Assembly: GCA_030679895.1 (NCBI GenBank)
Contig: JAUXSN010000003.1
Location: 5,517-69,516, forward strand
Length of the DNA stretch: 64,000 nucleotides
Direction: 5' to 3'
DNA from: Candidatus Moraniibacteriota bacterium
GTDB taxonomy: Bacteria; Patescibacteriota; Minisyncoccia; Moranbacterales; UBA11712
A program made the position numbers and the translations under genes. Under the pieces are notes generated by a model. It did no database searches and was not told where the DNA came from. It saw only the letters and a list, made by a program, of their open reading frames with translations. Positions 55,275 through 64,000 of the stretch are shown here, piece after piece (within the stretch, counting starts at the first letter, position 1; the number at the start of each line of letters is the position of its first letter).

Positions 55275-56873
55275 ATGCCCAGCCTTTTTTTCTCGCCCAA
55301 GGGCGATAATTTTCAGCATCATAGCGAAAGCCGAACGCAAAATCGCGCGTCCGGAAAAAGAAGATTTTTCTTTTGGCTCGTTATCGCTTTTTTGATCTTT
55401 GGCATTGTTTTTTTGGCTTCAATCGCGTTTGCCTATAAATTCTATTCCACAAGCCAAAAAGTGATCGATAACGGGCAGAATACTTCATTTATTCAAAGCC
55501 TGAAAGACATTGCCTTTTCGGACCGCAAGGCTTTGCGCGGCGAGAAATACGGGAGGATCAATATTTTGCTCGTGGGACTCGCCGGGAAAAATTATCCCGG
55601 CGCGAACCTCACCGACTCGATCATTATCGCGAGTGTCGACCCGAAAACTTATCAGACTGCCCTGCTTTCGGTTCCTCGAGATCTTTATGTCCCGATCCCG
55701 GGCACAAATTCCTCGACGAAAATCAACGCGCTCTATGCCCGCTCCGAGGATGCGGACGCAAACGGAAAATCCGGCATTGAAAATCTGAAATATGCGCTTG
55801 CGGATATCACCGGCCAGCCCATTGACTACTACATCGCTCTCGACTTCGACGGCTTCGAGCAGATCATCAATGAACTCGGCGGCATCAAAGTCCAGGTTCC
55901 CAAGGATTTGCACGACGAACGCTATCCGGGGCCGAATTACAGTTACGAGACTTTCGATATCAAAAAAGGACTTCAAACTCTCGACGGCGAGACAGCCTTG
56001 AAGTTCGCCCGCACTCGGCATAACGAAGACGGCGATTTCGGCCGGGCCTATCGGCAGCAGCTCATTCTTGAATCCGCCCGCTCGAAAGCATTTTCCCTGG
56101 GAACAATTCTCAACATTCCCGAGCTCAACAATATGCTTGATACGCTTGGCGAGCATTTGCGCACGGACATTCCGCTCGATGAATTCAACTCATTCATCGA
56201 TCTCGTCAAAAAAATCGACACGCACACAACGACCAACAAAGTTCTCGATGCCGGAAAACCGGATAGCCTCACAGCGGTTTCTCATGTTATGCTGGGGAAT
56301 GTCCGGGCTTTCATACTCATACCCCGGACCGGAAATTATGACGAAATTCAGGATCTCGCCAAAAATATTTTCGATCTTGATCTCATAGCGCGCAAGAAAC
56401 AGGAAATTAAAAACGAAAATGCGACCGTTGCAATCGTGAACGAAAGCGGCGTGAACGGTTTTGACGGAAAATTGAAAAATCTGCTGGATAAATTTGACTA
56501 TCAGGCGGAAATTGCCGTTTGTAGAGACGCATCGAATGCGTCTGCATGCCAACAGAGATGGATTCAATCCGTCTCTACGGATACAACCGTTTATGACCTC
56601 ACCGGTGGCCTCAAACCATTTTCCCTTGAAGACCTTTCGAAAAAATTGGGCGCGAAGATCGAAAATGGAAGTTTAGCTTCCACCGTGGAAGCTAAACTTC
56701 CACCGTCCGCCAATAAACCCGATTTCATTCTCGTCGCCGGATCGGATATCACAGACAAACTGAACTACGAAGAAAATTCCGTGCAGGATCTCGAGAACGG
56801 ATACGACCATCAGCAAGTGGACGAAAAAACATATATTGATTTGCTGAAAAAAGGAAGTAGTCAGAGATTTTAG
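55275..56873 (+). CDS. LCP (LytR-CpsA-Psr) family protein with LytR C-terminal domain
   Basis: NILLVG, TDSIII, SVPRDL, KINA, ARTRH...DFGRAYRQQ; N-terminal TM. Confidence 0.92.
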   Translation: MPSLFFSPKGDNFQHHSESRTQNRASGKRRFFFWLVIAFLIFGIVFLASIAFAYKFYSTSQKVIDNGQNTSFIQSLKDIAFSDRKALRGEKYGRINILLVGLAGKNYPGANLTDSIIIASVDPKTYQTALLSVPRDLYVPIPGTNSSTKINALYARSEDADANGKSGIENLKYALADITGQPIDYYIALDFDGFEQIINELGGIKVQVPKDLHDERYPGPNYSYETFDIKKGLQTLDGETALKFARTRHNEDGDFGRAYRQQLILESARSKAFSLGTILNIPELNNMLDTLGEHLRTDIPLDEFNSFIDLVKKIDTHTTTNKVLDAGKPDSLTAVSHVMLGNVRAFILIPRTGNYDEIQDLAKNIFDLDLIARKKQEIKNENATVAIVNESGVNGFDGKLKNLLDKFDYQAEIAVCRDASNASACQQRWIQSVSTDTTVYDLTGGLKPFSLEDLSKKLGAKIENGSLASTVEAKLPPSANKPDFILVAGSDITDKLNYEENSVQDLENGYDHQQVDEKTYIDLLKKGSSQRF

Positions 56874-56938
56874 ATTTATGTGATAAAATAACCGTAGTCC
56901 CGAAAAAAGGCCGCATATATGCGGCCACTACATAATTT

Positions 56939-57499
56939 ATGAAAACAATGTTAATCGCCGGGCTCGGCAATCCGGGAAAAGAATATGCGCGTACCCGCCA
57001 CAACGCCGGGTTTATGTTTGTGGATTATTTTTGGGAAGAAAATCGGGAAAATTTTTCCGAGTGGGAGTTCAGCAAAAAATTGAATTCAGAAATTTGTTTT
57101 GGAAAATTCGAAGGAAAAAAAATAATTCTCCTGAAGCCGCAAACTTTTATGAATCTCTCGGGCGAGGCGATCGCGGCGGCACTCAAATATTACAAAATCC
57201 CCTGTCGAGGTGAAACCTCGACAAACTTGATTGTCGCACATGACGAGATTGATTTGCCGCTTGGGACATTTCGCGTTTCCCAAAACGCTTCTTCCGCCGG
57301 CCACCAGGGCGTCCAGAATATAATCGACCTCTTGGGAACGAAAGATTTTACGCGGCTTCGGATTGGGGTTGATAGCAGAAAAGGCAAAAAGATCGCAACG
57401 GAAAAATATGTGCTGGGGAAATTTACAATTATTGAACTGCGCACTATTAAAGATGTTTTAAAAAAATCCACTGATGAACTAATTAAAGATCTTTCTTAA
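56939..57499 (+). CDS. pth: Peptidyl-tRNA hydrolase
   Basis: GLGNPG, TRHNAGF, KPQTFMNLSG, HDEID, GHQG, RLRIGV. Confidence 0.97.
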   Translation: MKTMLIAGLGNPGKEYARTRHNAGFMFVDYFWEENRENFSEWEFSKKLNSEICFGKFEGKKIILLKPQTFMNLSGEAIAAALKYYKIPCRGETSTNLIVAHDEIDLPLGTFRVSQNASSAGHQGVQNIIDLLGTKDFTRLRIGVDSRKGKKIATEKYVLGKFTIIELRTIKDVLKKSTDELIKDLS

Positions 57500-57649
57500 T
57501 TTTCAATTATCAATTTCTAATTTCCAAACAATTTTCAATGTCACAATGACAAAATTTTCAAACTTTATTTCATTGAAAATTGAAGAATTGGAGCATTAAT
57601 TGAAAATTGAAAATTAGAAATTGAAAATTATTTAGCGCATAGATTTAGA

Positions 57650-57890
57650 AAAAACAAAAAAGCCGTAAAAGGCTTTTCGCTTGAATTATCGCTAAAGTTA
57701 ACACAACATGTCCTCTGTCCCACCTAAAAGTGCTGGAATCGCCTACATTTGCAGGCTATCCAAACTTATCGACGATGTTTAAGGAGGGGTCACACCGCCA
57801 GACTTCCAGGCGGGACAAAAGACACGAAAAATGGCTATTTATTTGTTAATACGCTGGAAAACAGCGAATATTGCCTTATATTAAAGCCGA
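57650..57890 (-). ncRNA. Candidate structured non-coding RNA (unidentified)
   Basis: Minus-strand TTGACA-16-TATAAT promoter (57924..57897), long closing stem, terminator aaaagcc-tttta-cggctttt; no obvious ORF. Confidence 0.4.
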
Positions 57891-57932
57891 TTATACATTA
57901 TAGCAGAATATAAAGATTTGTCAATGTCCAAT

Positions 57933-59039
57933 ATGCGAGATAACGAACTGATCTATTGGAACGCTTTTGCCGGAGTCGGCGGATTTGGGCCGCAGAGTTT
58001 CAAAAAACTGCTGGCATTCTTTGGCGACCTGGAAACAGCCTGGAAAGCCGGACGGGAGGAATTGATCGGAACCGGCATCGGCGAAAAAAAAGTTGAAAAT
58101 TTGTTGTCCGAGCGCGGGAAAATTTCTCCCGAAAAATTTTTTGAAGATGTTTTGAAAGAACAGATTGAGATCATCACTATCAATAGCGCCGTTTATTCGC
58201 CCCGGCTCAAAGAAATTCCCTCCGCCCCGGCGGTTCTCTATGGCCGGGGAGATCTCAAAATCTTGAACAATAAATCGCTCGCCGTGGTTGGTTCGCGAAA
58301 ATTCACGTCATACGGCGAACGCTCGACCCAAAGCCTTTGCCGCGATCTGGTCCGGGCGGGACTCACCATCACGAGCGGTTTGGCTCTCGGCATTGACGCC
58401 ATCGCCCACCGAGCGACTTTGGAAGCCGGCGGGAAAACCATTGCAGTTCTGGGAACCGGCATCGATGACGCGACCATTTATCCCCGGGAGAATTTCAATT
58501 TGGCAAAAAATATTATTGAAAGCGGCGGGGCGCTCCTGACGGAATATCCTCCGAAAACCCCCTCTCTCAAGCAAAATTTTCCCGCCCGCAACCGGATTAT
58601 GGCCGGACTCTCTCTCGGAACGCTTGTTATCGAAGCCGCCGAGGGAAGCGGATCGCTCATCACCGCCGGATACGCCCTTGAATTCGACCGCGAAGTTTTG
58701 GCCGTCCCCGGAGATATTTTTTCTCCCCAGTCCACCGGCGCCAACGCGCTCATCAAAAACGGAGCCAAGCTCGTCCAGTCGGCCAACGACATTCTGGAAG
58801 AATTGAACGTAAAAACAAGCGGACGGCAAACGCTTCTTTTTGAAGAGCAAAAAAATTACGATCCGAAAACAAGCGAAGAAAAAATTCTCTGGAAAATTCT
58901 TTCCCACGAGCCCCTTCACATTGACAGGATCTCAAAAATGACTAAACTGGACGCAGCAGCCGTGAACGGAACGCTTTCCCTGATGGAAGTCGAAGGCGCG
59001 GTAAAAAACGTGGGAGGGCAGAACTATATCAAGTTATAA
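57933..59039 (+). CDS. dprA: DNA-processing protein DprA
   Basis: AVVGSR, SGLALGIDAIAH, FPARNRIMAG, EAAEGSGSLITA, AVPG. Confidence 0.96.
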   Translation: MRDNELIYWNAFAGVGGFGPQSFKKLLAFFGDLETAWKAGREELIGTGIGEKKVENLLSERGKISPEKFFEDVLKEQIEIITINSAVYSPRLKEIPSAPAVLYGRGDLKILNNKSLAVVGSRKFTSYGERSTQSLCRDLVRAGLTITSGLALGIDAIAHRATLEAGGKTIAVLGTGIDDATIYPRENFNLAKNIIESGGALLTEYPPKTPSLKQNFPARNRIMAGLSLGTLVIEAAEGSGSLITAGYALEFDREVLAVPGDIFSPQSTGANALIKNGAKLVQSANDILEELNVKTSGRQTLLFEEQKNYDPKTSEEKILWKILSHEPLHIDRISKMTKLDAAAVNGTLSLMEVEGAVKNVGGQNYIKL

Positions 59040-59096
59040 GCGCAAAACTCAAAGCTAAAAACGCAAAACCACAACTCAAAACTAAAAACTTTATTT

Positions 59097-59202
59097 TGTC
59101 ATCCCGCACTTGATGCGGGATCCAGAAAAAATACAACATTATCGCGCAGAAACTGGATCCCCGCTGGAGTTTATCCTCGTGAAAACGGGGACGGGGATGA
59201 CA
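59097..59202. repeat. REP/RPE-like bipartite hairpin element, copy 4, nested in an inverted 7-mer array
   Basis: Right half identical to 44075..44124; flanked by gcaaaactcaaagctaaaaacgcaaaaccac and gtggttttgcactttgcactttgcg. Confidence 0.88.
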
Positions 59203-59268
59203 GTATCGTGAGTTTTGAGCTTTACGCTGTGGTTTTGCACTTTGCACTTTGCGCTTTGAACTAAATTT

Positions 59269-61596
59269 ATGAATCTAATAATAGTAGAGTCTCCCACCAA
59301 AGCCAAAACCATTTCCAAATTCTTAGGCCCTAAGTATAAGGTGCTGTCTTCCTATGGGCATATGCGCGATCTTCCGGAAAAGAAAATGGGCATTGATATT
59401 GAAAAAAATTTCGCTCCTCAATATGTCATCAATCCTAAATCCGAAGAAAAGGTTGAAATTCTCAAAAAAGAAGCCAAAAAATCCGAGAAAGTTATCCTCG
59501 CGACTGATGAAGACCGCGAGGGAGAAGCTATCGCCTGGCATCTTTCGGAAATTTTGAATCTCGATCCCCGAGAAAAAAGCCGGATTGTTTTTCACGAAAT
59601 TACCAAAAAAGCCATTGAAAAAGCTCTCGACAGCCCCCGGGAAATAAATTTCGATCTGGTTGACGCCCAGCAGGCCCGCCGGGTGCTGGATAGGCTGGTC
59701 GGCTTCGAGCTCTCCCCTTTTCTCTGGGAAAAAATCAGGCGCGGACTTTCAGCCGGACGCGTGCAGTCCATCGCCTTGCGTCTCATTGCTGAGCGCGAGC
59801 GGGAAATCGAGAAATTTAATAAGGAAGAATATTGGACAATCTCCGCTGACTTGGAAACTAAGTTTCCAAGTGGAAACTTAGTTTCCAAGTTTAACGCAAA
59901 TCTCACCGAACAAAACGAGAAAAAAATTGAAGAGGTCATCACTCTCAAGCTTTTCGCCGGAGACTACAAGACCAGAAAATCAATCATTGCCGATGAAAAA
60001 ACGGCCAAAGTTATAAAAGCGGAACTGGAAAAAGCGGCTTTTGGCGTCCGGGAAATCGTCAGAAAGGAAACGAAGCGCACTCCGCCGCCTCCCTTCACCA
60101 CCTCAACTCTCCAGCAAGCCGCCATCAATTCTTTGGGATATTCGGCGAAACTGACGATGATGCTGGCGCAGAAACTTTATGAACAGGGCTTCATCACCTA
60201 TATGCGAACGGACAGCATGAACTTGTCTCTCGAATCCATGCTGGCCGCCCGAAAAACCATTGAAAAAATTTTTGGAAAAGATTACGCGCTTCCCGATCCG
60301 CGATTCTTCAAGACCAAATCCAAAGGCGCCCAGGAGGCCCACGAAGCTATCCGGCCGACCGATACGGGCAAAACTCCGGACGAACTCGCCGGCTCCCTGG
60401 ATGAAAAACAGCTTCGCCTTTATCGGCTGATCTGGAGAAGGATGATGGCCTGCCAAATGCAACCGGCCGCGCTGAACTCGGTAAAGGTGACCATTGACGC
60501 AAAGGGCGGGGAAAATAATTATACATTCCAGGCCAACGGATCGACCGTGAAATTCGACGGATATTTGAAAGTATATGGGGATTCACCCCTCACCACTTCT
60601 CCAAATAAAAATGATGAAAATGATAATAATTCAAAATCCAACAAACCGAGTGAAGTGGTGAGGGGCAAGCTGCCGGTCAGCGAAAATATTTTGCCGCCGC
60701 TCGAGGAAAAAGAAGTTTTGGATCTGGCGGAAATCAACACCAGCCAGAAGTTCACCGCTCCCCCGCCCCGCTACAGCGAAGCGGCTCTGGTCAAAGTGAT
60801 GGAAGAAAACGGGATCGGACGCCCGTCGACATACGCGCCGACGATTTCGACCATCATTGACCGTAAATACGTTGACAAAAACGAGGAGAAAAAACTTTTT
60901 CCTCTCGAGATCGGCCTGTTGGTAAATGATTTGCTGGTGGAGCATTTTCCGAAAATCGTCGATTCGCAATTCACGGCCGGGATGGAAAAAGATCTGGACG
61001 AAATCGCCGAAGGAAACAAAAAATGGGTACCGGTGATAAAAGCATTCTACGAACCGTTCCACAAAAATTTGAAAAATAAATCCAAGGAAGTGAAGAAGGA
61101 AGACCTAATGGAAAAAATCGGCCGCCAATGTCCGGAGTGCGGCGGGGATCTCGTCATGAAATTCGGCCGCTTTGGAAAATTTATCGCCTGCATGAAATAT
61201 CCCGAGTGCAAATATACCGAAAAAACCGCGGAAGAGAAAAAGGAAGAAGCGGAAAACAGCGGACATATTTGCGAGAAATGCGGCGCTCCAATGGTAGTGA
61301 AAAGGGGCCGCTTCGGCGCTTTTCTTGGCTGTTCCAGATACCCGGAATGCAAGACTATCCAAAAAATTGAGAACAAAACGGGCGTAAAATGCCCGAAATG
61401 CAAAGTTGGCGATATTCTGGAGCGTAAATCAAAACGGGGAAGGATTTTTTACGGCTGCAGCAAATATCCCGCCTGCGATTTTTCTTTGTGGAACAAGCCC
61501 ACCGGCGAACTTTGCCCAAAGTGCCAAAATCCGATGGTATATCAAACGAAAGGAAAAGAAAAGTGTTCGAACAAAGAATGCGGATATGAAAAATAA
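59269..61596 (+). CDS. topA: DNA topoisomerase I
   Basis: IVESPTKA, ATDEDREGE, SAGRVQS, ITYMRTDS, QEAHEAIRPT, GIGRPST, C-terminal Zn ribbons. Confidence 0.98.
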   Translation: MNLIIVESPTKAKTISKFLGPKYKVLSSYGHMRDLPEKKMGIDIEKNFAPQYVINPKSEEKVEILKKEAKKSEKVILATDEDREGEAIAWHLSEILNLDPREKSRIVFHEITKKAIEKALDSPREINFDLVDAQQARRVLDRLVGFELSPFLWEKIRRGLSAGRVQSIALRLIAEREREIEKFNKEEYWTISADLETKFPSGNLVSKFNANLTEQNEKKIEEVITLKLFAGDYKTRKSIIADEKTAKVIKAELEKAAFGVREIVRKETKRTPPPPFTTSTLQQAAINSLGYSAKLTMMLAQKLYEQGFITYMRTDSMNLSLESMLAARKTIEKIFGKDYALPDPRFFKTKSKGAQEAHEAIRPTDTGKTPDELAGSLDEKQLRLYRLIWRRMMACQMQPAALNSVKVTIDAKGGENNYTFQANGSTVKFDGYLKVYGDSPLTTSPNKNDENDNNSKSNKPSEVVRGKLPVSENILPPLEEKEVLDLAEINTSQKFTAPPPRYSEAALVKVMEENGIGRPSTYAPTISTIIDRKYVDKNEEKKLFPLEIGLLVNDLLVEHFPKIVDSQFTAGMEKDLDEIAEGNKKWVPVIKAFYEPFHKNLKNKSKEVKKEDLMEKIGRQCPECGGDLVMKFGRFGKFIACMKYPECKYTEKTAEEKKEEAENSGHICEKCGAPMVVKRGRFGAFLGCSRYPECKTIQKIENKTGVKCPKCKVGDILERKSKRGRIFYGCSKYPACDFSLWNKPTGELCPKCQNPMVYQTKGKEKCSNKECGYEK

Positions 61597-61731
61597 TTTT
61601 CAATTTCTAATTTTCAATTTTCAAAAAATGCTCCAATTCTTCAATTTTCAATGAAACAAAGTTTGAAAATTTTGTCATTGTGACATTGAAAATTGTTTGT
61701 AAATTGTAAATTGTAAATTGTAAATTTCCGC

Positions 61732-63231
61732 ATGACTCTTCAAGAACTCCTCACCCATTATAAAAATCCTCTCGATCAAAAACAGCGGGCTCTGGTCACC
61801 GAGGCTTTTGAATTTGCCGAGCATGCGCACAAGGGACAGAAAAGAAAATCCGGAGAGGATTATTTCGAACACTCCGTTGCCACGACCGCGATCCTGGCCG
61901 AAATCGGAATGCGTTCCAAGACTACCGCCGCCGCGCTTTTGCACGACGTTCCCGAAGACACGGAAGTGACGCTGGAAGAAATTCAAAAAAAATTCGGACC
62001 GGAGATCACGAAACTCGTGGACGGGATCACGAAACTGGGAAAATTCAAGTTGCGCGGCGATAAAAAAGAGCTTCAGCTTGAAAACCTGCGCAAAATTTTC
62101 CTGGCCATGGCCGAGGACATCCGGGTGGTGCTGATCAAACTGGCCGACCGCTTGCATAATATGCGGACTCTCGATGCCCTCCCTCCCGAAAAACAAGAGC
62201 GAATTGCCAGGGAAACAATGGAAATTTATGCTCCCATCGCCAACCGGCTCGGCATCGGAGAGATCAAAGGAGAACTGGAGGACTTGTCGTTCAAATTTCT
62301 TGATCCGAAAAACTATGAATTTTCGAGAGATCTGATGGATAAGGTATTCAAGGAACGAAAAAAATATGTCGACCTGGCCATCAAAGAGCTTCGCGAAGAA
62401 CTGGTAAGCAGCAAAATAAAAGTCATTGACGTCCATGGGCGGGCCAAGCATATTTACCGCTTTTTTCTGAAGCTCAAAAAGTACGACATGAATATGCAGC
62501 AGGTCCATGACGTGATGGCCGTGCGGGTGATCGTGCCGGGCATTCCCGATTGCTACGAGGCCTTGGGAATCGTCCATAAAAAATACCGCCCGCTGGTCGG
62601 ACGAATCAAGGATTATATTTCCCTGCCCAAGCCCAACGGGTACCGGTCTCTCCATACCACCGTTTTCGGGCCTTCGGGAAAAATACTCGAAATCCAGATC
62701 CGCACTCCCCGTATGCACGACGAATCAGAGTTCGGTATCGCCGCCCATTGGATATATTCCTCGCCCCAAAGCTGGCGCGATTATATTTTCGGCCGGCGGG
62801 CTCCGGTTGATATTCCCGAAAAAGAATTGGAATGGGTCAAGCAGCTGCGCGAATGGCAAAAAGAATTCGGCCAGGACAGCCTGGAATATCTGCAGGGACT
62901 CCGGATTGATTTTTTTCAGAATCACATTTTCGCTTTCACTCCCAAAGGGGACATCATTGATCTTCCCGAAGAAGCCACGCCGATTGATTTTGCCTACGCG
63001 GTCCACAGCGAAATCGGAAGCCGGACCACCGGCGCGAAAGCGGACGGCAAGCTGGTGCCGCTCGATTATAAGATCAGAAACGGACAAGTGGTGGAAATTC
63101 TCACTTCGAAAGACCCCAAGACCCCCAATCAGGATTGGATCCGCATCGCCCGGACCTCATACGCCAAAACCCGCATCCGCCAGCAGCTGCGAAAAGCGGG
63201 GATTATGGTGGGGCTGGTGAGGAAAGAATGA
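61732..63231 (+). CDS. RelA/SpoT family (p)ppGpp synthetase/hydrolase (HD+SYNTH+TGS, no ACT)
   Basis: HKGQKRKSG, LLHDVPEDT, KLADRLHNMRT, PKPNGYRSLHT, EIQIRT, FTPKG, DFAYAVH. Confidence 0.94.
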   Translation: MTLQELLTHYKNPLDQKQRALVTEAFEFAEHAHKGQKRKSGEDYFEHSVATTAILAEIGMRSKTTAAALLHDVPEDTEVTLEEIQKKFGPEITKLVDGITKLGKFKLRGDKKELQLENLRKIFLAMAEDIRVVLIKLADRLHNMRTLDALPPEKQERIARETMEIYAPIANRLGIGEIKGELEDLSFKFLDPKNYEFSRDLMDKVFKERKKYVDLAIKELREELVSSKIKVIDVHGRAKHIYRFFLKLKKYDMNMQQVHDVMAVRVIVPGIPDCYEALGIVHKKYRPLVGRIKDYISLPKPNGYRSLHTTVFGPSGKILEIQIRTPRMHDESEFGIAAHWIYSSPQSWRDYIFGRRAPVDIPEKELEWVKQLREWQKEFGQDSLEYLQGLRIDFFQNHIFAFTPKGDIIDLPEEATPIDFAYAVHSEIGSRTTGAKADGKLVPLDYKIRNGQVVEILTSKDPKTPNQDWIRIARTSYAKTRIRQQLRKAGIMVGLVRKE

Positions 63232-63317
63232 TATCTTTTAATTTCGAATTTCCAATTTTCCTTTTTTAGCTCAAAACTCAAAGCTCAAAACGCAAAACCA
63301 CAGAGCAAAATTCAAAA

Positions 63318-63716
63318 TTATCTTTTGTTTTTTAATGTTAAGGCGCTTGCTCCGAGTATTCTTGATATTTCGTCCGCTTCTTTCAATAAGTCATCGGTTT
63401 CAGTTGGTTTGGCCTTGGTCGCGTCTCGCAACAATCCCAGCCAGTATTTGGTTTCATTGGCGGATTTGAGGGCTATTTCAAAAAACTTTATAAAATCTCT
63501 TTTTGAACTTCCGGCTTGGGCTTCAATGATATTTGCTCCAATTGATGTCGCGCTTCGCAGAAGCTGGTCGGAAATTATCCAGTATATTTTTTCGTTGGGT
63601 AATTTTTCCAGCAGCTTGATTATCTTTATTGAGAAATAGTAACATCTGTATTTCAGATCTGTTTTGCATTTTGAGTTTTGGTTTTGCGCTTTGAACTTTG
63701 CGCTTTGCGTTTTCAT
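63318..63716 (-). CDS. Four helix bundle protein (23S rRNA IVP-like family)
   Basis: QLLRSATSIGANIIEA, F..IALKSANETKYWL; flanked by 7-mer arrays; true start uncertain. Confidence 0.9.
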   Translation of the reverse strand: MKTQSAKFKAQNQNSKCKTDLKYRCYYFSIKIIKLLEKLPNEKIYWIISDQLLRSATSIGANIIEAQAGSSKRDFIKFFEIALKSANETKYWLGLLRDATKAKPTETDDLLKEADEISRILGASALTLKNKR

Positions 63717-63771
63717 ATTGAAAATTCAGTCATTTGAAATTGTTTGAAAATTAGAAATTGAAAATTGAAAA

Positions 63772-64000
63772 TTATAAAAACCGTCCAGCTATGTTTTCGA
63801 GCTCTTCTTCGGAATAATAGTCGACGATGATCTTTCCGCCTCCGCCTGATTTTTTGATCGTCACTTTCGTGCCGAGCGCTTGGGCGATTTGGCCTTCTTT
63901 TTCTTTGAGATACGGATCAGCATCAGCGCTGATTCGGCGTTGGTGGGTATTGACCGTCACTTCTCTCACTTTATCTTCGGCTTGGCGGACAGTGAGATTG
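63772..64000 (-). CDS. parB: ParB/Spo0J partition protein, C-terminal part (5' end outside window)
   Basis: NLTVRQAEDKV...ALGTKVTIKK...GKIIVDYYSEEEL. Confidence 0.8.
   Translation of the reverse strand, partial: NLTVRQAEDKVREVTVNTHQRRISADADPYLKEKEGQIAQALGTKVTIKKSGGGGKIIVDYYSEEELENIAGRFL

Noticed and set aside
63318-63716. Diversity-generating retroelement (Avd-like gene)
   Set aside because: No reverse transcriptase and no TR/VR pair with adenine-specific mismatches seen in the window

Overview
Bacterial chromosomal window in genetic code 11. The gene content and intergenic style suggest a Patescibacteria/CPR (Parcubacteria-like) genome; this is inference, as no rRNA is present. The left 16.4 kb, open at the window edge, is one minus-strand, tightly packed RiPP-type cluster of the His-Xaa-Ser (Hxs) class that is unusually expanded. 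It holds HxsD, an HxsD-like paralog, HxsB, a Cys-rich membrane protein, a 93-aa precursor ending in ten His-Xaa-Ser/Ala triplets plus Trp, nine further radical SAM genes and an APH-type kinase. In total that is at least 10 radical SAM genes and 12 CxxxCxxC domains, including two tandem double-domain enzymes and two HemN-like enzymes. The rest is housekeeping and surface genes: ECF sigma, tRNA-Pro, ROK, M24 peptidase, folA-thyA-adk, comEC, Cys-rich and S74 surface proteins, nrdRDG, ftsZA, ybeY, rpsU, hisS, lepB, LCP, pth, dprA, topA, rel, a four-helix-bundle gene and partial parB. A second layer consists of several families of short palindromic DNA elements, both intergenic and in frame inside conserved proteins; the same LETKFPS-encoding palindrome occurs in three unrelated genes. 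There are also two candidate leader-peptide attenuators, a candidate ncRNA and an M23 peptidase remnant. All assignments come from motif reading by eye; no database search was run.
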